Part shown: positions 1 to 10,309 of the stretch, in pieces | Layout of the letters: each line of letters begins with the position of its first letter | Position numbering within the stretch: position 1 is the stretch's first letter | DNA from: an uncultured Aquimarina sp. | GTDB lineage: Bacteria; Bacteroidota; Bacteroidia; Flavobacteriales; Flavobacteriaceae | Assembly (NCBI GenBank): GCA_947493035.1 | Contig: CANLOW010000003.1 | Span: 345,193 to 409,192, forward strand | Length of the DNA stretch: 64,000 bases | Reading direction: 5' to 3' | Translations under genes and position numbers: made by a program | The notes under the pieces: model-generated | Databases searched by the model: none | What the model was told of the DNA's origin: nothing | Seen by the model: only the letters and a program-made list of their open reading frames with translations

Positions 1-1
1 C

Positions 2-1270
2 CAAGCCTACAAAAAAAGAAAAGCATATTACGAGGGTAAAGTACTCGCTATAAAATCATATTCTGACAAAAGAACCGAACCAAAATGCAAACATTTTGGA
101 GTTTGTGGAGGATGTAAATGGCAAGCAATGGGCTATGAACATCAACTCAATTTTAAAGAGCAAGAAGTTTTAAACAACTTACAACGCATAGGTAAAGTAG
201 ACATAGAGGAAATCGTACCTATTTCTGGTTCTAATGAACAGTACTTTTATCGCAATAAAATGGAATTTTCTTTTAGTGATAGCCGTTGGTTATCTTTAGA
301 TGAAATTCAAAGTGAAAAAGAAATTGAAGACCGTAATGCATTAGGATTTCATATTCCTGGAATGTGGGATAAAATTTTAGATCTTGATGAATGCCATTTA
401 CAAGCCGAGCCGAGTAATACCATTCGTTTAGCTGTACGTGAGTTTGCTGTTAAAAACAACCTTCCTTTTTTTAACACTAGAAATCAAGAAGGCTTATTAA
501 GAACATTAATGCTTCGTACTTCTTCGAATGGGCAATTCATGATTTTAGTGCAATTTTTCCGAAACGATAAAGCCGAAATTGAATTACTGATGGAATTTCT
601 TAAAACAGAATTCCCTGAAGTTACTTCGCTTCAATATGTAGTTAACTCTAAAGGAAATGATACCATCTACGATCAAGAAGTGATTTGTTATCATGGACAA
701 GACTATATTGAAGAAGAAATGGAAGGACTAAGATTCAAAATAAATGCTAAATCTTTCTATCAAACCAATGCTTCTCAGGCTTACGAATTGTATAAAATTA
801 CTAGGAATTTTGCCGGACTTACAGGAGAAGAATTAGTTTACGATTTGTATACAGGAACTGGAACTATTGCTCAATTTGTAGCTAAAAATGCAAAAAAAGT
901 GATTGGTGTTGAATCTGTGCCTGAAGCAATTGCTGATGCAAAAGTGAATGCTTTAAATAACAATATCGATAATGTTGAATTCTATGTTGGGGACATGAAA
1001 AAAGTCTTCACCTCTGGTTTCGTCAACGAACATGGTGTACCTGATATTGTAATTACAGACCCTCCGAGAGATGGAATGCACAAAGATGTTGTAGCACAAT
1101 TATTAGCTATACAAGCTAAAAGAATTGTATACGTTAGTTGTAATAGTGCCACACAAGCAAGAGATTTAGCGTTATTAGATGAAACCTATAAGGTGATTAA
1201 ATCACAAGCTGTAGATATGTTTCCTCAAACACATCATGTAGAAAATGTTGTACTTTTAGAGTTACGTTAA
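2..1270 (+). CDS. rlmD: 23S rRNA (uracil1939-C5)-methyltransferase RlmD, 5'-truncated by window
   Basis: Frame is open from nt 2 (QAYKKRKAYYEG...CKHFGVCGGCKWQ, Fe-S cysteines) into track ORF 128..1270; motifs YRNKMEF, SFYQTN, DLYTGTGTI, TDPPR, YVSCN, VDMFPQTHHVE. Confidence 0.95.
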   Translation, partial: QAYKKRKAYYEGKVLAIKSYSDKRTEPKCKHFGVCGGCKWQAMGYEHQLNFKEQEVLNNLQRIGKVDIEEIVPISGSNEQYFYRNKMEFSFSDSRWLSLDEIQSEKEIEDRNALGFHIPGMWDKILDLDECHLQAEPSNTIRLAVREFAVKNNLPFFNTRNQEGLLRTLMLRTSSNGQFMILVQFFRNDKAEIELLMEFLKTEFPEVTSLQYVVNSKGNDTIYDQEVICYHGQDYIEEEMEGLRFKINAKSFYQTNASQAYELYKITRNFAGLTGEELVYDLYTGTGTIAQFVAKNAKKVIGVESVPEAIADAKVNALNNNIDNVEFYVGDMKKVFTSGFVNEHGVPDIVITDPPRDGMHKDVVAQLLAIQAKRIVYVSCNSATQARDLALLDETYKVIKSQAVDMFPQTHHVENVVLLELR

Positions 1271-1277
1271 TTTCATT

Positions 1278-1853
1278 ATGAAGAGATTTTTTCAAAGTTA
1301 TCTTATTCCAATAAGTATTTTTTTTGCACTACTTTTAAGTGTGAATTGTCAAAGAGATGATATTTGTGATGTACCAGAAATAACACCTCGATTGATTATT
1401 GAATTCATTGATGATGATATTAACAATAGAGATACGTTACCTAAAAGTGTGAATTCTTTAGCTGTAAAATTAGTTGGTGATGCACTAACTAATTCTACTA
1501 AAGAAGATGGTTTTTTCACTGATTTTATAGAAACATTGGGCGAGGCAGAAACGATAATTAGAATCGCTCCTAATACAACTAGCATTTCTCTTCCTTTAAG
1601 CACACTCGATGATGAACTTACTTTTGAGTTTATAGAGAATTTTAGTGATCCAGAAAATGAATTGACTGACACTGAAATCTTAACTTTTAAATACAATAGA
1701 AAAGAAAACTTTATCAATAGAGCTTGTGGTTTTCAGACAACTTTCGAAGAATTAACTGTTGAAAAAACTACAAATACTTGGATTTCCCGAATCGAACTTT
1801 TAAAAACAACAATTACCGATGAAGAAGATCGTCATCTATTGTTATATCATTAG
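1278..1853 (+). CDS. Putative lipoprotein (DUF6452-like)
   Basis: Signal peptide with Cys (LLLSVNC), ENFINRACGF motif; usual flavobacterial neighbour of rlmD. Confidence 0.7.
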   Translation: MKRFFQSYLIPISIFFALLLSVNCQRDDICDVPEITPRLIIEFIDDDINNRDTLPKSVNSLAVKLVGDALTNSTKEDGFFTDFIETLGEAETIIRIAPNTTSISLPLSTLDDELTFEFIENFSDPENELTDTEILTFKYNRKENFINRACGFQTTFEELTVEKTTNTWISRIELLKTTITDEEDRHLLLYH

Positions 1854-2562
1854 TCTGACTATACTGAGTACTACTATAAATGCTCAAGTTCAAGACACTA
1901 TTGTAAACAATAAACGCCTTAATAACACTTACGGATTAAGAGTTGGGTTAGATTTAAACAAACTAGTCACAACGGCTACGAATTCTAACTATAAAGGTTT
2001 TGAAATCAATGGAGATTATCGTTTAACAAAAAAATGGTACTTAGCCGGCGAATTAGGTGCTGAAAACAGAACCCTAAACGAAGATGCCATAAACAGTAAT
2101 ACCAAAGGTAGCTTTATACGAGTGGGAGCTGATTTTAATGCCTACAAAAACCTTATTGGTATGCGTAATCTTATTTTCACTGGTTTCCGCTATGGTTTTT
2201 CGACCTTCGATCAACGCTTAAATAGTTTTACTATAATACAGCAGGATGACTTCTTTAAAAACCCTGAACGACCAAGTTCTTTCAATAGTAATGGATTGAC
2301 TAGTCATTGGATAGAATTTGTTTCAGGAATAAAAGCAGAAGTATTGAATAACGTATTTGTTGGTTTTTCCGTATCCGTTCGCCGTACCATTACAGATCAA
2401 AAGCCTAATGGTTTCGATAATTTTTTCATACCTGGTTTTGGAAAAACAAATGATGCTTCCGAATTTGCTGCTGGGTTTAGTTATTTTGTTAGCTATTACT
2501 TACCGCTCTACAAAAAGAGACAGAAAGATAAAAAGGTAAAAGCAGAAGAGACTAAATCTTAA
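1819..2562 (+). CDS. Outer-membrane beta-barrel protein (DUF6048-like)
   Basis: Signal peptide, YGLRVGLD, amphipathic strands, FIPGFGK motif, follows the DUF6452-like gene. Confidence 0.7.
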   Translation: MKKIVIYCYIISLTILSTTINAQVQDTIVNNKRLNNTYGLRVGLDLNKLVTTATNSNYKGFEINGDYRLTKKWYLAGELGAENRTLNEDAINSNTKGSFIRVGADFNAYKNLIGMRNLIFTGFRYGFSTFDQRLNSFTIIQQDDFFKNPERPSSFNSNGLTSHWIEFVSGIKAEVLNNVFVGFSVSVRRTITDQKPNGFDNFFIPGFGKTNDASEFAAGFSYFVSYYLPLYKKRQKDKKVKAEETKS

Positions 2563-2623
2563 CGTTAATAGTTTAATTTTTATTAGATATTTACCTTTCT
2601 AAAATGCAAAGGAACAAAATGCA

Positions 2624-5071
2624 ATGGCATATTTCGTAGACGTACTCCTACCCCTTCCTCTAAAAAACACTTTTACTTACAGTATCAATGAAACTGAGTC
2701 TCGTTTTTTAACGTTAGGAATGCGTATATCTGTTCCTTTTGGAAAAAATAAGCTTGTTACAGGAATTGTTTTAAAAATTCATGAAACCGCTCCTTTAATT
2801 TATGAAGCCAAAGAAATTGATACAATTATAGATGATCATCCTTTGGTGTTACAATCACAACTAAAATTTTGGCATTGGGTAGCAACTTATTATATGTGCC
2901 ATTTAGGAGATGTATTTAAAGCTTCATTACCCTCTATATTACTTCTGCAGGGAGAAACTATTATAAAAAAAAGAAACAACGACGAAAATCTTAACCCTGA
3001 TGTTACAGATGATGAATTTTTACTATTAGAAGCCTTACAATTTAAAAGTAGCTTAAAAATTGAAGAGGTCAGTAAAATTCTTAACAAAAAGAATGTTTTA
3101 CCAATTATTAAAAGTCTCTTTGAAAAACAACTCATTACTGTTGATGAGTATGTGGAGGAAAAATACACCCCTAAGATTGAAAAAAATGTAATTCTTAACC
3201 CTAACATAGAAGAAACACAATTACCTGAAATTCTTGACAGTTTAAAAAACGCTCCTAAACAACGAGATGTTTTACTTCAGTTTTTCAATTTAAAAGCACG
3301 TCTAAATCATATAAAAAGTAATACTTTATTAAAAGAAGCAAAGGCCACTAGCCCTAGTCTTAAAGCCTTAGTTAAAAAAGAGATTCTTTCTTTAGAAAAC
3401 AATCAAGTAGATCGAGTTTTGTTTTCCAGTACTGAAAGTTCAGAAATTATCACTTTAAGCCCTGCTCAAGAAAATGCTTTTAATGAAATTAACACTAATT
3501 TCAACAGCAAAGAAGTTTGCTTACTACATGGCATTACAGCATCTGGAAAAACTGAAATCTACATAAAGCTTATTGAAAAACAATTAGCAGAAAAAAAACA
3601 AGTACTTTTCTTAGTTCCTGAGATAGCGCTATCAACACAACTAATCAATCGTCTTCAAGTATATTTCGGAGACCACTTAGTAGTATATCATTCTAAGTAT
3701 TCTGCTAATGAACGTGTAGAAGCATATAATGCTATTTTAAAAAACAAGGACAAAGCTCAACTTATTATTGGTGTAAGATCTTCTTTATTTCTTCCTTTCT
3801 CTCATTTAGGACTCATTATAATTGACGAATCACATGAAAGCAGTTATAAACAACATGATCCTGCCCCAAGATATCATGGAAGAGATACAGCTATTGCACT
3901 AGGCAGCTTATCTAATGCAAAAGTATTATTAGGTTCTGCTACTCCATCTATAGAGACTTATCACAATGCCACTTCTGGAAAATATGGTTTAGTTCAATTA
4001 AATAAAAGATATAAAGGCTATTTACTTCCTGAAATTAATTTAATTGACTTAAAAATCAAACAAAAGAAGCGTTTGATGAAAGGGCATTTTAGTGACACTT
4101 TAAGAGAAGCTATTGAAGAGTGCCTATTACTAAAAGAACAAATAATTATTTTTCAAAACAAAAGAGGGTTCTCATCTATTCAAGATTGCACCACTTGTGG
4201 ATACATTCCTCAATGCGTGCATTGTGATGTTAGCCTTACTTACCATAAATATACAAAACAACTACGTTGCCACTATTGTGGATATCAAATTGCAGAACAA
4301 ACAATTTGTCGTTCTTGCGGTAGTGATAAGCTTTCTACTAAAGGCTTTGGTACCGAACAAATCGAAGAAGAACTTAAAGGCTTGTTCCCTAAAGCCAGTA
4401 TTTCTAGAATGGATAAAGACACTACTAGAGGGAAGTATGGTGTTCAAAAAATCATAAATCAGTTTAAAGAAAAAGAAATTGACATCCTTGTAGGTACACA
4501 AATGATTGCTAAAGGTTTTGACTTTGAAAATGTAACACTAGTAGGTGTTATGAATGCTGACTCGCAATTATTCTTTCCTGATTATAGAGCACAAGAAAGA
4601 ACATATCAATTATTGTCTCAAGTCTCAGGAAGAGCAGGTAGATCTAATAAAAAAGGATTGGTATTAATTCAAACCTACAATACACTTCATCAAATATTAC
4701 AACAAGTTACAGTAAGTGACTACAAAACGATGTACAAAGAGCAATTGATGGAACGCAAACAACATCATTATGCACCTTTTGTAAGAATGATACGATTTAC
4801 ATTAAAGCATAGGGACTTCAATAAAGTAAATGAAGCCAGTGATTGGTTTGCTAAAGCATTAAGACAAGGGTTTCAAGAAAATGTTTTAGGACCAGAATAT
4901 CCTTCAATAGCCAGAGTACGAAATCAATACAACAAGAACATCTTATTGAAGATCCCTAGATCATATGACCTTAAAAAGGTAAAGACATTTATCCGAAAAC
5001 AACAGACTTCCTTTGAAAGTATTAAGCTGTATTCAGGTGTTAGGATAATAATTCATGTAGACCACATTTAA
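2624..5071 (+). CDS. priA: Primosomal protein N' (replication restart helicase)
   Basis: LLHGITASGKTEIY Walker A, LIIIDESH, two CxxC pairs (CTTC/CVHC, CHYC/CRSC), ILVGTQMIAKGFDF, QVSGRAGR. Confidence 0.97.
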   Translation: MAYFVDVLLPLPLKNTFTYSINETESRFLTLGMRISVPFGKNKLVTGIVLKIHETAPLIYEAKEIDTIIDDHPLVLQSQLKFWHWVATYYMCHLGDVFKASLPSILLLQGETIIKKRNNDENLNPDVTDDEFLLLEALQFKSSLKIEEVSKILNKKNVLPIIKSLFEKQLITVDEYVEEKYTPKIEKNVILNPNIEETQLPEILDSLKNAPKQRDVLLQFFNLKARLNHIKSNTLLKEAKATSPSLKALVKKEILSLENNQVDRVLFSSTESSEIITLSPAQENAFNEINTNFNSKEVCLLHGITASGKTEIYIKLIEKQLAEKKQVLFLVPEIALSTQLINRLQVYFGDHLVVYHSKYSANERVEAYNAILKNKDKAQLIIGVRSSLFLPFSHLGLIIIDESHESSYKQHDPAPRYHGRDTAIALGSLSNAKVLLGSATPSIETYHNATSGKYGLVQLNKRYKGYLLPEINLIDLKIKQKKRLMKGHFSDTLREAIEECLLLKEQIIIFQNKRGFSSIQDCTTCGYIPQCVHCDVSLTYHKYTKQLRCHYCGYQIAEQTICRSCGSDKLSTKGFGTEQIEEELKGLFPKASISRMDKDTTRGKYGVQKIINQFKEKEIDILVGTQMIAKGFDFENVTLVGVMNADSQLFFPDYRAQERTYQLLSQVSGRAGRSNKKGLVLIQTYNTLHQILQQVTVSDYKTMYKEQLMERKQHHYAPFVRMIRFTLKHRDFNKVNEASDWFAKALRQGFQENVLGPEYPSIARVRNQYNKNILLKIPRSYDLKKVKTFIRKQQTSFESIKLYSGVRIIIHVDHI

Positions 5072-5074
5072 CAA

Positions 5075-5860
5075 CTAAGATCTTATCTTTATTTTAGCCA
5101 TATAACTTATTTTTTGCTCTACAGTTCCCTTTTCAAATATTCTAATTATTTTAAAGATTAGTGAAATAAAAAAACCTGGTGATGTTATTAGTTTTGAAAT
5201 ACCCATCACTTTTTTATCTCTTTCTGCAATTTTGGCTGGCCATAATTCTTTAGGCGTTTGAGAAAGTTCTTGAGCAAACTCCCATGCACCATCTCTAGCC
5301 GATTTCATACTAAAATCTATCAAAAAATCGTCTACTTTCTTTGTCCACTTTAGTATTCGTTTCAATCCAGGCCAAATTTCAGTCAAGTCTTTTTCTACTT
5401 CACCAACCAAAGAAGATAATATTTCATTAACCTTGTTAAAATCATCATGTAGGTCTTCAAGATTCCTGCCATGCATTATTTCAGCAGCTGCTATACCTAA
5501 ATCTAAATTAATATGAGTATTGATCCCTAGTAAAAGATGTTGTAATGCTATAGGCCAATATTCCCTTGCATATACAAAAGGAAACCTCCAGGATGTTGAA
5601 ATTTTTTCTTTTTGTTTAAAACCATAAAATGCACTTATATAGCGATCCGCAAAAACAATATCTAACTGCTCCATTCTTGAGCTATCTTGAAATATTTGCT
5701 TCTCAACATCAGTTTCATCAACCCCTTTTTTAATCTCTAAAGTAACTCTCCTGTAAAGTGCCGCAAAATAACCTCTAGGACTTTTTCTTAATTCAGAATT
5801 TGTGATAATCATCTCGAGTTCACGAACAACATCATCTATACTTTTGACTACTGGTTTCAT
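5075..5860 (-). CDS. DUF5995-like hypothetical protein
   Basis: GYFAALYRRVT, FADRY, QHLLLGINTHINLDL motifs. Confidence 0.7.
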   Translation of the reverse strand: MKPVVKSIDDVVRELEMIITNSELRKSPRGYFAALYRRVTLEIKKGVDETDVEKQIFQDSSRMEQLDIVFADRYISAFYGFKQKEKISTSWRFPFVYAREYWPIALQHLLLGINTHINLDLGIAAAEIMHGRNLEDLHDDFNKVNEILSSLVGEVEKDLTEIWPGLKRILKWTKKVDDFLIDFSMKSARDGAWEFAQELSQTPKELWPAKIAERDKKVMGISKLITSPGFFISLIFKIIRIFEKGTVEQKISYMAKIKIRS

Positions 5861-6011
5861 TAATTAGTTTTAGCAAGCTCAATTTAAAATAAAAAATTAA
5901 ATTTTAACACTTAATCACAATAAATACTAAAAAACTGATAATCAGATACTAAAACTTTAATGAAAAACTATTCTAATAACCGTCAGAGAAAAAAAACTTA
6001 AAATACAGCAC

Positions 6012-6038
6012 AAAAAAAACCGCCTAATATAGACGGTT
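6012..6038 (-). terminator. Intrinsic terminator of rny
   Basis: Hairpin AACCGCCT-aatat-AGACGGTT (one mismatch on the minus-strand RNA) followed by a U-tract on the minus strand, 30 nt after the rny stop. Confidence 0.7.
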
Positions 6039-6068
6039 ATAATTATTCTTTATTATGAATTACAAGAC

Positions 6069-7631
6069 TTACTTTGCAATATTTACTGCTCTCGTTTCTC
6101 TGATAACAGTTACTTTTACTTGTCCTGGATAGGTCATATCTGTTTGTATCTTTTGTGAAATTTCAAAAGATAACGCAGCTGCATTATCATCTGTTACTTT
6201 CTCACTTTCTACAATAACACGTAATTCTCTACCTGCTTGTATTGCGTAGGCTTTTTTAACACCATTAAATCCAAGAGCAATAGCTTCTAAATCTTTCAAT
6301 CGCTGGATATAAGAATCTAATACTTGACGACGTGCGCCTGGTCTTGCTCCACTAATAGCATCACATACCTGCACAATTGGAGAAAGTAATGATGTCATTT
6401 CAATCTCATCATGGTGAGCTCCAATAGCATTACAAACTTCTGGTTTTTCTCCATATTTTTCAGCCCACTGCATACCTAAAATTGCGTGAGGCACTTCTGT
6501 TTCCGTCTCTGGCACTTTACCAATATCATGCAATAATCCAGCTCTTTTAGCTAATTTTGCATTCAAACCAAGTTCCGCAGCCATTACCCCACACATACGC
6601 GCTACCTCACGAGAGTGATGTAATAGGTTTTGCCCATAAGAAGAACGGTATTTCATACGTCCTATTTGCTTAATTAATTCAGGATGTAATCCATGAATTC
6701 CTAAATCAATAACAGTACGTTTACCTACTTCTATGATCTCTTGCTCTATTTGCTTTTTGGTCTTCGAAACCACTTCTTCTATTCTCCCTGGGTGAATTCG
6801 CCCATCGGTAACTAGTTTATGCAAAGACAATCTAGCGATCTCTCTACGTACGGCATCAAAACAAGATAGTATAATTGCTTCAGGAGTATCATCAACTATG
6901 ATCTCTACACCTGTAGCTGCTTCAATAGCACGAATATTACGTCCTTCTCGACCAATAATTCGCCCTTTCACATCATCATTTTCTATATTAAAAACAGATA
7001 CACAATTCTCTATAGCTTCTTCTGTTCCTATACGTTGTATAGTACTAACAACTATCTTCTTTGCTTCTTGTTGTGCTGTTAATTTTGCTTCTTCAATGGT
7101 CTCTTGAATATGAGACATTGCATCTGATTTTGCTTTATCTTTTAAAGATTCAACCAATTGTGCTTTTGCATCTTCGGCTGAAAGATTAGAAATTACTTCT
7201 AACTCTTTTACTTTTTTCTCTAAGACTGTATCTAACTTTTCACTCTTCTTTGATAATTTTTCTTGAAGATCATTATTGTTCTTAACCTTAGATTCTAAGC
7301 TTTGATTTAATTTTTTATTCTTAGATAATTCACTTGAAATTTGCGATTCCTTATCTCTAGTTCTCTTTTCAGCCTCAGCCATTTTCTTGTCTCTAGACAA
7401 GATTACCTTTTCATGTTCTGCTTTTAATTCTATAAACTTTTCTTTGGCTTGAAGAATCTTATCTTTTTTGATTGACTCAGCCTCTTTTTGAGCTTCTTTT
7501 ACAATTCTCTTAGCAGTTTTATCTGCTTCAGAAATCTTATTTTTTCCCTTATTTTTCTCTAAAATCTTATTGATAACAAAACCTATTATCAAACCTACTA
7601 GCAAAGCAGGGACGACCATCATTATTTCCAT
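6069..7631 (-). CDS. rny: Ribonuclease Y
   Basis: N-terminal TM helix, coiled coil, KH domain ([13 protein letters not shown]), HD domain (LLHDIGK), [11 protein letters not shown]. Confidence 0.97.
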   Translation of the reverse strand: MEIMMVVPALLVGLIIGFVINKILEKNKGKNKISEADKTAKRIVKEAQKEAESIKKDKILQAKEKFIELKAEHEKVILSRDKKMAEAEKRTRDKESQISSELSKNKKLNQSLESKVKNNNDLQEKLSKKSEKLDTVLEKKVKELEVISNLSAEDAKAQLVESLKDKAKSDAMSHIQETIEEAKLTAQQEAKKIVVSTIQRIGTEEAIENCVSVFNIENDDVKGRIIGREGRNIRAIEAATGVEIIVDDTPEAIILSCFDAVRREIARLSLHKLVTDGRIHPGRIEEVVSKTKKQIEQEIIEVGKRTVIDLGIHGLHPELIKQIGRMKYRSSYGQNLLHHSREVARMCGVMAAELGLNAKLAKRAGLLHDIGKVPETETEVPHAILGMQWAEKYGEKPEVCNAIGAHHDEIEMTSLLSPIVQVCDAISGARPGARRQVLDSYIQRLKDLEAIALGFNGVKKAYAIQAGRELRVIVESEKVTDDNAAALSFEISQKIQTDMTYPGQVKVTVIRETRAVNIAK

Positions 7632-7660
7632 TGTTTAGTTTGGTATTTATATATAAAAAA

Positions 7661-7829
7661 ACCCGTACTAGTAAGGTTTGTATAAACTCTGTTAAAACAG
7701 GTTTAGGGCTAACAGATTGCTCGAAAATCCATGACACTAAATAAATAGGATGGCACGCTCTTACAACCTCAACTTACCCTTTATAAAAAATTTAATGTTG
7801 AGTTTATCAAAATGTAACTAGTACAGGCA
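7661..7829 (-). ncRNA. ssrS: 6S RNA (ends approximate)
   Basis: Minus-strand rod: GCCUGUACUAGU pairs with ACUAGUACGGGU, AUAAACUC with GAGUUUAU, open central region, terminal U-tract; lies directly downstream of zapA (zapA-ssrS synteny is widespread). Confidence 0.8.
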
Positions 7830-7847
7830 GTAACTTTATGTCTTATG

Positions 7848-8153
7848 TTATGAACTTTCTGATAACGCTTCATCCATTTGAGTTATCAAGTGATTGATTT
7901 TCTCTAACGCTTCAGCACCATCCCTACTATTATTAATCGACTTTTGTTCTATTCTCGAAGCAAAATGAATGGCACACATTGCCATAACATCTTGTTTATC
8001 TCTTACCGCAAAATTCTGCTCGTAATATAAAATTAACTCATTGATATCTTTCGCGGCTTTTCTAAGCCCCTCCTCTTCATCTGGACGCACAGTCATTGGA
8101 TAAACCCTGTCCCCTATATTTACTTTGATACGTTGTACTTTTTCCATAGTCAC
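7848..8153 (-). CDS. zapA: Cell division protein ZapA
   Basis: IKVNIGDRVYPMTV, EEGLRKAAK, DKQDVMAMCA; alternative start at 8147. Confidence 0.9.
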   Translation of the reverse strand: MTMEKVQRIKVNIGDRVYPMTVRPDEEEGLRKAAKDINELILYYEQNFAVRDKQDVMAMCAIHFASRIEQKSINNSRDGAEALEKINHLITQMDEALSESS

Positions 8154-8157
8154 AGCG

Positions 8158-8448
8158 CTACATCAATTCTGAAATACACAAATCAATATCTTTAATGAGC
8201 TTATTTATTTTGAACTTTGTCGCTCTTCTAAATTCGTCACCACCAAGTAAGGCATTTGCTTGTTCCAAACTATTACATCGCTCTTGAGTTTTAAGCAACT
8301 CTTTTTTTAATGTAAGTATTTGTAACTCTTTTTGGTATAAAACAGCTTCCTTTTCCATTATTTTGTCTTCCAAACTCAAGTGTTTCTCGACATATTGTCG
8401 CATCTTAAGTTCCAGAAGTTCAATAGCATCGGTAAGTGGTTTCTCCAT
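8158..8448 (-). CDS. Coiled-coil protein upstream of zapA (ZapB-like)
   Basis: Continuous heptad-like coiled coil ending KINKLIKDIDLCI; conserved position before zapA. Confidence 0.6.
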   Translation of the reverse strand: MEKPLTDAIELLELKMRQYVEKHLSLEDKIMEKEAVLYQKELQILTLKKELLKTQERCNSLEQANALLGGDEFRRATKFKINKLIKDIDLCISELM

Positions 8449-8473
8449 AAAGCAAACAACATTACTTAGTTCA

Positions 8474-8481
8474 CAAAGTTA
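8474..8481 (-). promoter_or_regulatory. Bacteroidota housekeeping promoter -7 element
   Basis: TAACTTTG (TAnnTTTG) on minus strand, 25 nt before the 8448 start. Confidence 0.6.
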
Positions 8482-8598
8482 ACATACCACAACTTTCCTG
8501 CAAGTATTGCCCTTTTAATTTTAATAAAAAGAGTGATTTATTCGTATTATTACACTTAAAATAAGCTAGAAACACATCAAATTTGTCTTTTCGAACGT

Positions 8599-10296
8599 AT
8601 GAAACACCTATATATTTTATTTATTATATGTATCTCAAACATTACTCAAGCACAATTTGTTCAAGATTACTTTATCAACCCTGTTAAAATTCCATTAGTA
8701 TTATCTGGGACTTTTGGCGAATTGCGAAGTAACCATTTCCACTCGGGATTAGATATTAAAACTCAGCAAAAAGAAGGTCTTCCAACTCATGCTGCTGCTA
8801 AAGGATATATTTCTCGAATTAAAATATCAAATTATGGATATGGTAAAGCTCTTTACATACAACACCCTAATGGATACACCACAGTATACGCTCATTTACA
8901 AAAATTTGCTCCAAAAATAGAAGAATACGTAAAAAAGCAACAATACAAAAAGGAAAGCTATACCATCGAATTATTTCCTTCTTCAGAATCTTTACAAGTA
9001 ACACAAGATGAAATTGTGGCTTATACAGGAAATTCTGGAGGAAGCAGTGGCCCTCACCTTCATTTCGAAATTAGAAACGGAAAACAAGAGCCAATGAATC
9101 CTATGCTTTTTGGAATCGATATTAAAGACACTCGAAAACCTTCCGTTAACAATGTATGGCTATACCCTTTAGATGATGATAGTCATATAAATGGACAAAA
9201 CACACCTTACCGTTTACAGTTATTAAACAACAATGGTTTGATCACTAAAAAGGTAAAAGCTTGTGGACGAATTGGTATTGGGATCAACACTTATGACCAA
9301 CAAGATGCTGCTTATAATAAAAATGGATATTACGCAGTCAGTACAAGCTTAAATGGTACTCCCAACTTTAAAATTACTATGGATCGTTTTTCATTTTCAG
9401 AAACGAGATACATTAACCAATTGATAGATTTCGAATATTTTAAAATCAATAGCTCTAGAATTACAAAATTATTTGTTAACCATAACAACCCACTGACTGT
9501 ACATCATCTAAAAACTGACGGTAATGGAATTCTTGAAATCAATGATGGATTTAATTATAACGCAACAGTAAATATTGAAGACGCAAAAGGAAATAAAACG
9601 ATTATCGAAATCCCAATGGAAGGTAAATTGATGCCTATTACTTTTAAAGACAAACAAATCACTAACAGTCATTATTACGCTTCGCATGATATTCCTTTTA
9701 ACTTTTCTAATAAATATGCTGACATTAGTTTCCCTAAAGGAAGTCTTTATGAGCCTGAATATTTATGTATTGAAGAATTAGGGAATAGAAGTTTAAGTAT
9801 TCATGAAAATACGACACCGTTACACAAATACATGCATCTTAGTTTTAGTTTAGATAGTATTGCTAATCCTAAAAAATCTTACATCGGACGATTCTACGAA
9901 AAGCAACCTAAAAAAGGAATTTTTACAGGAAATAAAATAGCCGACGGTCGAATAATAGCTAAAACAAGAACATTTGGTAATTATGGTATTTTCGAAGACT
10001 TAGATAAACCTAAAGTAACCCCTATCAACTTTTCTAATGAAAAATGGATTTCAAGTAATAAAACTTTAAAAGTAAAAGTTACTGATACTACCACAGGAAT
10101 AAAATATTATCGAGCAACTATCAATGGAAAATTTGCTTTAATGTCATTTTCTCCTAAAACAGGATTATTGGTTTATGATTTTAAAGATAGCATCAGCCAA
10201 TCTGGAAAAAATGAATTTAAATTAGTCGTTCAAGACCATGTCGGAAATAATACTATTTTTGAATGCGTTTTTTATCGAAAAGAAAAGACTATCTAA
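8599..10296 (+). CDS. M23 family metallopeptidase
   Basis: HSGLD, YAHL and GPHLHFE zinc motifs; signal peptide. Confidence 0.9.
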   Translation: MKHLYILFIICISNITQAQFVQDYFINPVKIPLVLSGTFGELRSNHFHSGLDIKTQQKEGLPTHAAAKGYISRIKISNYGYGKALYIQHPNGYTTVYAHLQKFAPKIEEYVKKQQYKKESYTIELFPSSESLQVTQDEIVAYTGNSGGSSGPHLHFEIRNGKQEPMNPMLFGIDIKDTRKPSVNNVWLYPLDDDSHINGQNTPYRLQLLNNNGLITKKVKACGRIGIGINTYDQQDAAYNKNGYYAVSTSLNGTPNFKITMDRFSFSETRYINQLIDFEYFKINSSRITKLFVNHNNPLTVHHLKTDGNGILEINDGFNYNATVNIEDAKGNKTIIEIPMEGKLMPITFKDKQITNSHYYASHDIPFNFSNKYADISFPKGSLYEPEYLCIEELGNRSLSIHENTTPLHKYMHLSFSLDSIANPKKSYIGRFYEKQPKKGIFTGNKIADGRIIAKTRTFGNYGIFEDLDKPKVTPINFSNEKWISSNKTLKVKVTDTTTGIKYYRATINGKFALMSFSPKTGLLVYDFKDSISQSGKNEFKLVVQDHVGNNTIFECVFYRKEKTI

Positions 10297-10309
10297 ATAC
10301 CACTATAAC

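Noticed and set aside
5926-5954. ACTGATAATCAG dyad / weak heptamer-like run downstream of rny
   Set aside because: Too short and degenerate to assign to the heptamer family
10238-10309. Apparent 59-nt overlap of the M23 and TBDR genes
   Set aside because: In-frame TTG at 10310 gives a normal signal peptide and removes the overlap
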